DNA of 32,000 nucleotides, from contig NC_000962.3 of assembly GCF_000195955.2 (NCBI RefSeq), forward strand, positions 780,001 through 812,000. The letters run 5' to 3'. Of the stretch, positions 1-11,073 are shown piece by piece. The stretch comes from Mycobacterium tuberculosis H37Rv (GTDB lineage Bacteria > Actinomycetota > Actinomycetes > Mycobacteriales > Mycobacteriaceae). The position numbers were made by a program, and so were the translations under genes. The notes below the pieces were generated by a model. That model was not told the origin of the DNA. It saw nothing but the letters and a program-made list of their open reading frames with translations, and ran no database searches. The number at the start of each line of letters is the position of its first letter. Position 1 is the first letter of the stretch.

Positions 1-40
1 AGTGGGTAGCGCGATCGGCGCGCAACGGTTTCTCGACCAC
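1..40 (-). CDS. 5' end (13 codons) of a minus-strand gene that continues beyond the window edge; product not callable from this fragment
   Basis: GTG at 40..38 lies 1 nt downstream of the stop (44..42) of the 42..416 ORF, and the frame stays open to position 1. The tight spacing suggests an operon partner. By synteny from memory this would be the Rv0679c start. Confidence 0.3.
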   Translation of the reverse strand, partial: MVEKPLRADRATH

Positions 41-41
41 C

Positions 42-416
42 TCAGCCGACCCGCTGCAGTCGGTTTACCATTCCTAGTTCCCGGCCACGGTCCCAGATGA
101 ACGGATCACCATTGCGGAAGAACACCGTTTCGTCCCAGCCGTAGACGGTGATGTCGTTGATGATCGTGTCGGCGACAACGGTGTTGGACGAGCCCATCAC
201 GGTCACCGCCCAGCAGGTTCCCAGCGCGGTCACGATGTTCTGAGTGCCGTTGACCAACAAGGTGGATTCGTTGCAGTCCAGCGTCCGCTCGATGCCCTGC
301 CCGGTGACATGGGTGTCGCCGTTCTTGGCGTGTGCGGCCGGCGGTGGGGCGGCCAAGGCGACAGCGATGGTGATGACACCGGCAGCCAGCGACGCGGCGA
401 CGGTGTTCCACTTCAC
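42..416 (-). CDS. small secreted or membrane-anchored protein (Rv0680c-like; DUF3060-like beta-repeat pattern)
   Basis: 124-aa ORF. The N-terminal signal/anchor is MKWNTVAASLAAGVITIAVALAAPPPAAHA. It is followed by a Cys-containing region with a recurring G-x-x-N-x-V pattern (LVNGTQNIV, VMGSSNTVV). The family name is from memory. Confidence 0.8.
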   Translation of the reverse strand: MKWNTVAASLAAGVITIAVALAAPPPAAHAKNGDTHVTGQGIERTLDCNESTLLVNGTQNIVTALGTCWAVTVMGSSNTVVADTIINDITVYGWDETVFFRNGDPFIWDRGRELGMVNRLQRVG

Positions 417-654
417 GGCGGGCCCCCCTTCGACTGGGCGGGTGATGCTTGACTGAGCCTTGGTCGGGCCTTGATTGAGCGTACGTGCATTCGCCCGGGC
501 GACGACAGACCTGAGTGCATTTGCCGGGCAGGCACCCCGCGTCTGATGTCAGCTACTCCACAACCCGGTCGCTAGAGTCATTAGTTGGCCCTAACGTCCC
601 CCGAAGACCGGTGCGGACCCAAAGCCGATCACCCCAACCGAAGGGCGAACCGCC

Positions 655-1311
655 ATGGCAGCTCAGCCGCAAGCACCGTCAGCGGGCGGCCGCCCGCGCG
701 CGGGGAAAGCGGTGAAGTCCGTGGCTCGCCCGGCCAAACTGAGCCGTGAGAGCATCGTCGAGGGCGCCCTGACCTTTTTGGATCGGGAGGGGTGGGACTC
801 GCTGACCATCAATGCGCTGGCGACCCAGCTCGGGACCAAGGGGCCGTCGCTGTACAACCACGTGGACAGCCTCGAGGATCTACGCCGGGCGGTGCGGATT
901 CGGGTGATCGACGACATCATCACGATGCTGAATAGGGTCGGTGCGGGTCGCGCACGCGATGACGCGGTGTTGGTCATGGCCGGTGCCTACCGCAGCTACG
1001 CCCACCACCACCCGGGTCGGTACTCGGCGTTCACCCGGATGCCGCTGGGCGGTGACGATCCCGAATACACCGCTGCGACTAGGGGCGCAGCCGCGCCCGT
1101 CATCGCCGTGCTGTCCTCGTACGGCCTCGACGGTGAGCAGGCTTTCTACGCGGCGCTCGAGTTTTGGTCGGCACTGCATGGGTTTGTGTTGCTGGAAATG
1201 ACCGGCGTCATGGACGACATCGATACCGATGCGGTGTTCACCGACATGGTGCTGCGGCTGGCGGCGGGCATGGAAAGGCGCACCACACACGGTGGTACCG
1301 CGTCAACGTAG
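655..1311 (+). CDS. TetR-family transcriptional regulator (Rv0681-like)
   Basis: 218-aa ORF with a TetR HTH (ESIVEGALTFLDREGWDSLTINALATQLGTKGPSLYNHV) and a C-terminal FWSALHGFVLLE motif (WHG-type TetR C-domain). ATG 655 is the longest start; an in-frame GTG at 721 would give 196 aa. The gene is divergent from the 42..416 gene. Confidence 0.9.
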   Translation: MAAQPQAPSAGGRPRAGKAVKSVARPAKLSRESIVEGALTFLDREGWDSLTINALATQLGTKGPSLYNHVDSLEDLRRAVRIRVIDDIITMLNRVGAGRARDDAVLVMAGAYRSYAHHHPGRYSAFTRMPLGGDDPEYTAATRGAAAPVIAVLSSYGLDGEQAFYAALEFWSALHGFVLLEMTGVMDDIDTDAVFTDMVLRLAAGMERRTTHGGTAST

Positions 1312-1559
1312 CGCCCTGCTTCGGCCGCAACGCCCGCTTTGACCTGCCAGACTGGCGGCGGGTATTGTGGTTGCTCGTGCCTGGCGGCTTACGCTTGATG
1401 TAGGGGCGTGGATGCCGGGCCAATTCGCATGTCCGCGATGCCTCGGATGAGACGAATCGAGTTTGAGGCAAGCTATGCGACACACCCGGCCGCGGGTAAC
1501 CGTGGCGGGGCATGGCCGACAAACAGAACGTGAAAGCGCCCAAGATAGAAAGCCGGTAG

Positions 1560-1934
1560 ATGCCAACCATCCAGCAGCTGGTCCGCAAGGGTCGTCGGGA
1601 CAAGATCAGTAAGGTCAAGACCGCGGCTCTGAAGGGCAGCCCGCAGCGTCGTGGTGTATGCACCCGCGTGTACACCACCACTCCGAAGAAGCCGAACTCG
1701 GCGCTTCGGAAGGTTGCCCGCGTGAAGTTGACGAGTCAGGTCGAGGTCACGGCGTACATTCCCGGCGAGGGCCACAACCTGCAGGAGCACTCGATGGTGC
1801 TGGTGCGCGGCGGCCGGGTGAAGGACCTGCCTGGTGTGCGCTACAAGATCATCCGCGGTTCGCTGGATACGCAGGGTGTCAAGAACCGCAAACAGGCACG
1901 CAGCCGTTACGGCGCTAAGAAGGAGAAGGGCTGA
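1560..1934 (+). CDS. rpsL: 30S ribosomal protein S12
   Basis: 124 aa, [13 protein letters not shown]...[15 protein letters not shown] is an unmistakable S12 sequence. The stop overlaps the rpsG start (ATGA-type junction at 1934). Confidence 0.99.
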
Positions 1935-2404
1935 TGCCACGCAAGGGGCCCGCGCCCAAGCGTCCGTTGGTCAACGACCCGGTCTACGGATCGCAGTTGG
2001 TCACCCAGTTGGTGAACAAGGTTCTGTTGAAGGGGAAAAAATCGCTGGCCGAGCGCATTGTTTATGGTGCGCTTGAGCAAGCTCGCGACAAGACCGGCAC
2101 CGATCCGGTGATCACCCTCAAGCGGGCTCTCGACAATGTCAAACCCGCCCTGGAGGTGCGCAGCCGTCGCGTCGGCGGCGCGACCTATCAGGTGCCTGTC
2201 GAGGTGCGCCCCGACCGGTCGACCACGCTGGCGCTGCGCTGGCTCGTCGGCTACTCGCGGCAACGCCGTGAGAAGACGATGATCGAGCGCCTGGCAAATG
2301 AGATCCTGGATGCCAGCAATGGCCTTGGGGCCTCCGTCAAGCGGCGTGAGGACACCCACAAGATGGCCGAGGCGAACCGAGCCTTTGCGCATTATCGCTG
2401 GTGA
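1934..2404 (+). CDS. rpsG: 30S ribosomal protein S7
   Basis: 156 aa, [44 protein letters not shown] is a canonical S7 sequence. Confidence 0.99.
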
Positions 2405-2484
2405 GAAGCGCCGGTTAGCCAGCCAGGGCGCAAACCGACAGTGATAGACAGCTAACTAGCAACCGAAAGAGTGGGAAGACTTCT

Positions 2485-4590
2485 GTGGCACAGAAGGACG
2501 TGCTGACCGACCTGAGTAGGGTCCGCAACTTCGGCATCATGGCGCACATCGATGCCGGCAAGACCACAACCACCGAGCGCATCCTGTACTACACCGGTAT
2601 CAACTACAAGATTGGTGAGGTGCACGACGGCGCAGCCACCATGGACTGGATGGAACAGGAACAGGAGCGCGGCATCACCATCACCTCTGCGGCCACGACC
2701 ACGTTCTGGAAAGACAACCAGCTCAATATCATCGACACGCCAGGGCATGTGGATTTCACCGTCGAGGTGGAGCGCAATCTGCGCGTGCTCGACGGCGCGG
2801 TCGCGGTTTTCGACGGCAAAGAGGGTGTCGAACCGCAGTCCGAACAGGTGTGGCGGCAGGCCGACAAATACGATGTCCCCCGAATCTGCTTCGTCAACAA
2901 GATGGACAAGATCGGTGCGGACTTCTACTTCTCGGTTCGCACGATGGGGGAGCGGCTTGGGGCCAACGCCGTGCCCATTCAGCTTCCCGTCGGTGCGGAG
3001 GCCGACTTCGAAGGCGTCGTCGACCTGGTGGAGATGAACGCCAAGGTGTGGCGCGGCGAGACGAAACTCGGCGAAACCTACGACACCGTGGAAATACCGG
3101 CCGACCTGGCCGAGCAGGCTGAGGAGTACCGGACCAAGCTGCTCGAGGTGGTCGCCGAGTCCGACGAGCACCTGTTGGAGAAGTACCTGGGCGGTGAGGA
3201 GCTCACCGTCGACGAGATCAAGGGCGCGATCCGCAAGCTGACAATCGCCAGCGAGATCTACCCGGTGCTGTGCGGCAGCGCGTTCAAGAACAAGGGCGTG
3301 CAGCCGATGCTGGATGCCGTCGTCGACTACCTGCCGTCGCCGCTGGACGTTCCGCCGGCGATCGGGCACGCGCCCGCCAAGGAGGACGAGGAGGTGGTGC
3401 GCAAGGCGACCACCGACGAGCCCTTTGCGGCCCTGGCGTTCAAGATCGCTACTCACCCGTTCTTCGGCAAGCTCACCTACATCCGGGTGTACTCGGGCAC
3501 CGTCGAGTCGGGTAGCCAGGTCATCAATGCCACCAAGGGCAAGAAAGAACGGCTGGGCAAGCTGTTCCAGATGCACTCCAACAAGGAGAACCCGGTCGAT
3601 AGGGCTAGTGCCGGTCACATCTACGCGGTGATCGGTCTCAAGGACACCACCACCGGTGACACCTTGAGCGACCCGAACCAGCAGATCGTGCTGGAGTCGA
3701 TGACCTTCCCCGACCCGGTGATCGAGGTGGCCATCGAGCCGAAGACCAAGAGCGACCAAGAGAAGCTGAGTCTGTCGATCCAGAAGCTCGCCGAAGAGGA
3801 TCCGACCTTCAAGGTGCACCTGGATTCCGAGACCGGCCAGACCGTCATCGGCGGCATGGGCGAGCTGCATCTGGACATCCTGGTGGACCGCATGCGCCGG
3901 GAATTCAAGGTCGAGGCCAACGTCGGCAAGCCTCAGGTTGCCTACAAGGAGACCATCAAGCGGCTCGTGCAGAACGTCGAGTACACCCACAAGAAGCAGA
4001 CGGGTGGCTCGGGCCAGTTCGCCAAGGTCATCATCAACCTCGAGCCGTTCACCGGTGAAGAGGGCGCGACCTACGAGTTCGAGAGCAAAGTCACCGGCGG
4101 GCGTATCCCGCGGGAGTACATCCCGTCGGTGGATGCCGGCGCACAGGACGCCATGCAGTACGGCGTGCTGGCCGGCTATCCGCTGGTGAACCTGAAGGTC
4201 ACGCTGCTCGACGGCGCCTACCACGAGGTTGACTCCTCGGAAATGGCGTTCAAGATCGCGGGCTCGCAGGTGCTCAAAAAGGCTGCCGCACTTGCGCAGC
4301 CGGTGATCCTGGAACCGATCATGGCGGTCGAGGTGACCACACCCGAGGACTACATGGGTGACGTGATCGGCGACCTGAACTCCCGCCGTGGCCAGATCCA
4401 GGCCATGGAGGAGCGGGCTGGTGCGCGCGTTGTTAGGGCGCACGTGCCGCTGTCGGAGATGTTCGGCTACGTCGGTGACCTTCGGTCCAAGACTCAAGGC
4501 CGGGCAAACTACTCCATGGTGTTCGACTCGTACTCCGAAGTGCCGGCGAACGTGTCGAAGGAAATCATCGCGAAGGCGACGGGCGAGTGA
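2485..4590 (+). CDS. fusA1: translation elongation factor G
   Basis: 701 aa with a GTG start. G-domain motifs are [14 protein letters not shown] and NKMD. The full EF-G domain order follows rpsG. Confidence 0.99.
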   Translation: MAQKDVLTDLSRVRNFGIMAHIDAGKTTTTERILYYTGINYKIGEVHDGAATMDWMEQEQERGITITSAATTTFWKDNQLNIIDTPGHVDFTVEVERNLRVLDGAVAVFDGKEGVEPQSEQVWRQADKYDVPRICFVNKMDKIGADFYFSVRTMGERLGANAVPIQLPVGAEADFEGVVDLVEMNAKVWRGETKLGETYDTVEIPADLAEQAEEYRTKLLEVVAESDEHLLEKYLGGEELTVDEIKGAIRKLTIASEIYPVLCGSAFKNKGVQPMLDAVVDYLPSPLDVPPAIGHAPAKEDEEVVRKATTDEPFAALAFKIATHPFFGKLTYIRVYSGTVESGSQVINATKGKKERLGKLFQMHSNKENPVDRASAGHIYAVIGLKDTTTGDTLSDPNQQIVLESMTFPDPVIEVAIEPKTKSDQEKLSLSIQKLAEEDPTFKVHLDSETGQTVIGGMGELHLDILVDRMRREFKVEANVGKPQVAYKETIKRLVQNVEYTHKKQTGGSGQFAKVIINLEPFTGEEGATYEFESKVTGGRIPREYIPSVDAGAQDAMQYGVLAGYPLVNLKVTLLDGAYHEVDSSEMAFKIAGSQVLKKAAALAQPVILEPIMAVEVTTPEDYMGDVIGDLNSRRGQIQAMEERAGARVVRAHVPLSEMFGYVGDLRSKTQGRANYSMVFDSYSEVPANVSKEIIAKATGE

Positions 4591-4720
4591 GCGCAAGCTC
4601 ACGAGTGAGGAGCCGAGCAATGGGTACAGCGAAGGCGACGGGCGACTAGGCGATGCGAAGACGACCGCTAGTGAGCGAAGCTCACGAGCAATGAGCAGCG
4701 CGAAGGCGACTGGCGAGTAG
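4570..4720 (+). repeat. degenerate tandem (MIRU-like) repeat that triplicates the last 21 nt of fusA1
   Basis: Three copies: GCGAAGGCGACGGGCGAGTGA at 4570-4590, GCGAAGGCGACGGGCGACTAG at 4629-4649, and GCGAAGGCGACTGGCGAGTAG at 4700-4720. The spacers share AGTGAGCG(C)AAGCTCACGAG blocks that form small hairpins (GTGAGC/GCTCAC at 4587-4602 and 4671-4685). Confidence 0.85.
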
Positions 4721-4820
4721 ATACAACCATACGAGTAGGCTGGCCCGGTTACGACCGCGGCATAACTGAAAACATCAACACTGCTTTTATAAGCACTAAC
4801 AAGTCCAGGAGGACACAAAA

Positions 4821-6011
<1,191 letters not shown>

Positions 6012-6024
6012 GTCTACCGGCCAC

Positions 6025-6080
6025 CAGACGCAAAAGAACATGATGGGCGCACCAGCGCCCATCATGTTCTTTTGCGTCTG
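6025..6080 (+). terminator. intrinsic-terminator-like hairpin closing the str operon
   Basis: Perfect 26-bp stem: 6025-6050 (CAGACGCAAAAGAACATGATGGGCGC) pairs with 6055-6080, around the 4-nt loop ACCA. I checked every pair by hand. The U-run lies inside the descending arm (CUUUUGCG) rather than trailing it. Confidence 0.8.
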
Positions 6081-6148
6081 CTCGCGAAAATGCCCAGCGT
6101 GCGGCGCTACGCTGACATGGACCCTCCGACGAGGCAAGGAGCAGGCAC

Positions 6149-6946
6149 GTGTTAGCGCGCTACATCAAGATGCAGTTATTGGTGCTGTTGTGCGGTGGTC
6201 TGGTCGGGCCGATCTTCTTGGTCGTCTACTTCACGCTCGGACTGGGCAGCCTGATGTCGTGGATGTTCTATGTCGGTCTGATCATTACCGTTGCTGACGT
6301 GCTGGTCGCGCTCGCATTGACCAACTACGGGGCAAAGACCGCTGCCAAGACCGCGGCACTTGAACGGAGTGGAGTGCTGGCGCTCGCCCAAATCACCGGG
6401 CTCAGCGAGACAGGGACCCGGATCAACGATCAACCGCTGGTAAAGGTGCACCTGCACATCTCGGGACCCGGCATCACTCCGTTCGACACGGAAGACCGGG
6501 TCATCGCCAGTGTGACCCGGCTGGGCAATCTCACGGCTCGAAAACTGGTGGTATTGGTGAATCCCGCCACGCAGCAATACCTGATCGACTGGGAACGAAG
6601 CGCTTTGGTCAACGGCCTGGTGCCCGCCCAATTCACCGTCGCCGAAGACAACAAGACCTACGACTTGAGTGGGCAAACCGGCCCGCTGATGGAGATCTTG
6701 CAGATTCTGAAGGCAAACAACGTTCCGCTGAACCGGATGGTTGACATCCGCTCGAATCCGGCACTGCGTCAGCAAGTCCAAGCGGTGGTGCGGCGGGCAG
6801 CCGAGCGGCAGGCGCCGGCGGCCGAGCCAGCGTCGCAAGGATCGATCGCCGAGCGGCTTGCGGAGCTGGAATCGCTGCGCGCCAGCGGTGCGGTCAACGC
6901 GGCGGAATACGAGAGCAAGCGCGCCCAGATCATCTCCGAAATCTGA
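6149..6946 (+). CDS. membrane protein with a C-terminal SHOCT domain (Rv0686-like)
   Basis: 265 aa with a GTG start preceded by AAGGAG. Two N-terminal TM helices (LLVLLCGGLVGPIFLVVYFTLGL, MFYVGLIITVADVLVALALTNY). The C-terminus IAERLAELESLRASGAVNAAEYESKRAQIISEI fits the SHOCT short C-terminal domain pattern. Confidence 0.85.
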   Translation: MLARYIKMQLLVLLCGGLVGPIFLVVYFTLGLGSLMSWMFYVGLIITVADVLVALALTNYGAKTAAKTAALERSGVLALAQITGLSETGTRINDQPLVKVHLHISGPGITPFDTEDRVIASVTRLGNLTARKLVVLVNPATQQYLIDWERSALVNGLVPAQFTVAEDNKTYDLSGQTGPLMEILQILKANNVPLNRMVDIRSNPALRQQVQAVVRRAAERQAPAAEPASQGSIAERLAELESLRASGAVNAAEYESKRAQIISEI

Positions 6947-7077
6947 GGCGAGCTGGGGCACCATCCGCGGCGAGCAGACGCGAAAGCCCGCGACACGCCG
7001 AGGCATCGGGGGATTTTGTCTGGTGGGCGGGAATCTGGGGCACGTTAGAACACGTTACAGTTTCGCTGCTAGCCTGA

Positions 7078-7926
<849 letters not shown>

Positions 7927-7939
7927 CGCGCGATCGTGT

Positions 7940-9160
7940 ATGAACGCACACGTGACCAGTCGTGAAGGCGTCAATGAGTTTGACGATGGAATTGTGATCG
8001 TCGGCGGCGGATTGGCAGCTGCGCGCACCGCCGAGCAGTTGCGTCGTGCGGGCTATTCGGGTCGCCTCACGATCGTCAGCGACGAGGTGCATCTGCCGTA
8101 CGACCGTCCGCCGCTATCCAAGGAGGTGCTGCGCAGCGAGGTCGACGATGTGGCCCTCAAACCCCGCGAGTTCTACGACGAAAAGGACATCGCACTTCGG
8201 CTGGGGTCGGCTGCCGTCAGCTTGGACACGGGAGAACAGACGGTAACGCTGGCCGACGGTACGGTGCTCGGCTACGACGAGCTCGTCATCGCGACTGGTT
8301 TGGTGCCCCGGCGTATTCCATCGCTTCCCGACCTTGATGGCATTCGGGTGCTCCGGTCGTTCGACGAGAGCATGGCACTGCGCAAGCATGCATCCGCCGC
8401 ACGGCACGCCGTGGTGGTGGGGGCCGGTTTCATCGGCTGCGAGGTGGCTGCCAGTCTGCGCGGTCTCGGTGTGGATGTGGTGCTGGTTGAGCCGCAGCCG
8501 GCGCCGTTGGCCTCGGTGCTGGGCGAGCAGATCGGCCAGTTGGTGACGCGGCTCCATCGCGATGAGGGCGTTGATGTTCGCACGGGTGTGACAGTGGCCG
8601 AGGTACGTGGCAAGGGGCATGTCGACGCGGTGGTCCTGACCGACGGTACCGAACTGCCGGCTGATCTGGTGGTTGTGGGCATTGGGTCGACCCCGGCGAC
8701 CGAATGGCTAGAGGGTAGCGGCGTCGAGGTCGACAACGGCGTGATCTGTGACAAAGCCGGGCGGACTAGCGCGCCGAATGTGTGGGCGCTCGGTGACGTC
8801 GCCTCCTGGCGAGATCCGATGGGACACCAAGCACGCGTGGAACATTGGAGCAACGTCGCCGACCAGGCCCGAGTCGTGGTGCCCGCGATGCTCGGGACCG
8901 ATGTGCCCACGGGCGTGGTCGTCCCGTATTTCTGGAGTGACCAGTATGACGTCAAAATCCAGTGCCTGGGGGAGCCGCACGCCACCGACGTTGTGCATCT
9001 GGTCGAGGACGACGGGCGCAAGTTCCTTGCCTATTACGAGCGCGATGGCGTGCTGGTTGGCGTGGTCGGTGGCGGGATGGCCGGCAAGGTCATGAAGGTG
9101 CGCGGCAAGATCGCCGCGGGCGCGCCCATCGCCGAAGTGTTAGACCAAACTCAGGCCTAG
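7940..9160 (+). CDS. FAD-dependent ferredoxin reductase (pyridine nucleotide-disulfide oxidoreductase family; Rv0688-like)
   Basis: 406 aa with two Rossmann motifs (IVIVGGGLAAARTA for FAD, AVVVGAGFIGCEVAASL for NAD) and a putidaredoxin-reductase-like C-terminal domain. It starts 13 nt after the SDR gene. Confidence 0.9.
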   Translation: MNAHVTSREGVNEFDDGIVIVGGGLAAARTAEQLRRAGYSGRLTIVSDEVHLPYDRPPLSKEVLRSEVDDVALKPREFYDEKDIALRLGSAAVSLDTGEQTVTLADGTVLGYDELVIATGLVPRRIPSLPDLDGIRVLRSFDESMALRKHASAARHAVVVGAGFIGCEVAASLRGLGVDVVLVEPQPAPLASVLGEQIGQLVTRLHRDEGVDVRTGVTVAEVRGKGHVDAVVLTDGTELPADLVVVGIGSTPATEWLEGSGVEVDNGVICDKAGRTSAPNVWALGDVASWRDPMGHQARVEHWSNVADQARVVVPAMLGTDVPTGVVVPYFWSDQYDVKIQCLGEPHATDVVHLVEDDGRKFLAYYERDGVLVGVVGGGMAGKVMKVRGKIAAGAPIAEVLDQTQA

Positions 9161-9411
9161 AGCTGACCTAGGTGGCAGCGGGCGCCCTGGTCGTCGGCGC
9201 ATTCGGCGGACATATCGTCTGGCTGTCGGGACGGCTCGGCCAGCGCGCCGGCCGCACGCACCCGTGCGACCGCCGCGTCGATATCGCCACCGTCCATATC
9301 GGCACGGCGCTCGGATGCGGGCTGCGGCCCGCTGCACCGGGCCATCAGATGCACGCCCGGCGCCTGCCAGCCATCCGCGACGCGGCCCGGTTTGACGGTC
9401 CACCCCAGCAC
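9157..9411 (-). CDS. 84-codon ORF encoding the C-terminal two thirds of a VOC/glyoxalase-like domain; probably a frameshifted remnant
   Basis: The ORF reads LGWTVKPG...DIDAAVARVRAAGA...ECADDQGARCHL. The expected N-terminal VOC strand (NVSYEVADSDVIRDFYAT) sits immediately upstream in another frame (9345..9527 ORF). There is no convincing RBS. Confidence 0.4.
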   Translation of the reverse strand: MLGWTVKPGRVADGWQAPGVHLMARCSGPQPASERRADMDGGDIDAAVARVRAAGALAEPSRQPDDMSAECADDQGARCHLGQL

Positions 9412-10023
9412 GTGGCGTAGAAGTCGCGGATGACGTCGGAATCGGCTACCTCGTAGCTGACATTCGCCGTTTCACTGAGCCGGCATCTGTTGAGCTCTGG
9501 GCGTTTCCGGCACGGGCTCGGCTTCAAGACCGCGAATGCCGCGCTTCGGTTGTCGGTAGCATCGAGGATGGCTCCGTGCTCGGATTGACCTGTTTGTCCC
9601 GCGGCGCCGCTGGCTGCGGTGATCGCCTCGCGCGTGGCGACCAGGCCTGCGACGGCCTAGCAGCAACCAGGGTGGGACAACCGGAGCCGGCGAATATGCC
9701 GGTCGGGAGCTCGGTTGTTCGTGGGAGCTCGGTGACCGGCATGGGGACATGACGGCGGCTGATCGTGGTCAGCCAGCTTGTGTCGCGCCACGCAGCCATG
9801 AAATCGCGATTGGCGGCGGATCGCTTCCATGCGCGGCATCCGTTGCAGCCCGAAATGTCTCCGACGTCAGGTCCTCGGCCGTGCCACGGGCGCCGCAGAG
9901 CCGCCCATACCGTCGCCGCGCTGGCGTGAATTCCGACGGGTTGGTCAGGAAAATATCCGGCGAGCTGCTACCGTGGCGGCGCCAACACTGTGCCGACCCA
10001 ACTCGGGGATCGCAGATCGCTCG

Positions 10024-11073
10024 TCATTGCCAGGTCACCGGTGGGCCGTGTGGATGGCATTCACCCAAGACCCGGGCGTGACCACCCGGCCAACTGCGCA
10101 TACGTACCAGGTACTTGATTTGGGCGCCGGGCCGCTGGTGGGCAGGCTCCAAGGTGAGGTGCACGAACGGGCAGTGGGCATCGGCTTGCGCGGCTAATGC
10201 GTCGATTCCGGCGCGGATCGCTGCGCGTTCGTCGGCGGGCAGGTACTGCCAGGTGATCGAATGCCACAACACGGTGAGTGCATCGTCGGTCAGAGTCATG
10301 CCGGCGACTGCGGCGTGCGCCGCCTGCCGATGGAGGTCCGCGGGAATGTTGCGGGCGACGGCGATGGCGCCCCGCAACCGCTCCAACCGATCGGTCTGGT
10401 CCGGCCAGATGTAGCTCAACGCGTTCAGCTCCCCGTCGGGGCTGGTGACGTCGATGGGCGCGATGTCGTATCCGTGTCGTTCGACGATCCGCACCGTGGC
10501 CGTCGGCGGCAATTCGCCCAGCCAGGCATTGTCGATTCGCACCGGTGAGTCGGCCAGGCCCCATTCGCCGCCGAGATAACGGTAGCGGTACCGATCTGGT
10601 CGCAGGTTCAGCCCTGCACTGGACCCTATCTCGAAAAGCCTTATTGGCAAGTCGAATTGGAGGCAGGCGATGAGAAGTCCACCGATCAACGCCGCCGAGC
10701 GCCCTACCTCGTTGGTCTGCGGTGGCCGATCGAGAGCCGCACGCAGCGACTCCGGCTGGTCGGTCGCGGTGCGGACGATATCGGGCCAGGCTGCCTCCGC
10801 CTGCCAGGTGCCGCCGGTGCTGGGGTACCAGCGGCGCAACACCGGTGCGCGGCCGTCGAGCACCATCCGGTGCAATCCGCCGAGCAGCCGAAGCGGCACC
10901 GCCTGGCCCTCCGGAGCACCCTTCTGGTCGGCCAAGATGGACGCGAAGACGCCGCCGCTTTCGACGTCAGCTGCCACGAGCTCAAGTAGCTCGCGGTACA
11001 TCGGGGAGCCGGAGGAGGTGCACACCCGCCCCTGTGACCGCAGGGTGTGGACCAGGTGTTCGGTGCCCGTCAC
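10024..11073 (-). CDS. conserved protein of unknown function (DUF2332-like, Rv0690c-like) with a methyltransferase-reminiscent [12 protein letters not shown] segment
   Basis: 349-aa ORF whose ATG (11073..11071) overlaps the mftR stop by 4 nt. The family name is from memory. The motif is at 10603-10638. Confidence 0.85.

Noticed and set aside
2452-4818. 788-codon ORF on the minus strand, antisense to fusA1
   Set aside because: It is a typical high-GC shadow ORF. It exactly mirrors a highly conserved gene, its translation is Arg/Leu/Val/Gly-rich with no motifs, and the plus-strand frame is unmistakably EF-G.
9830-9960. Minus-strand segment EFTPARRRYGRLCGARGTAEDLTSETFRAA...SWL, reminiscent of region 2 of an ECF sigma factor
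   Set aside because: Only a short motif-level resemblance (AEDL-x-x-ETF). The frame closes within about 40 codons, I found no region 4, and it cannot be supported without a database search. It is noted only as possible further gene debris.
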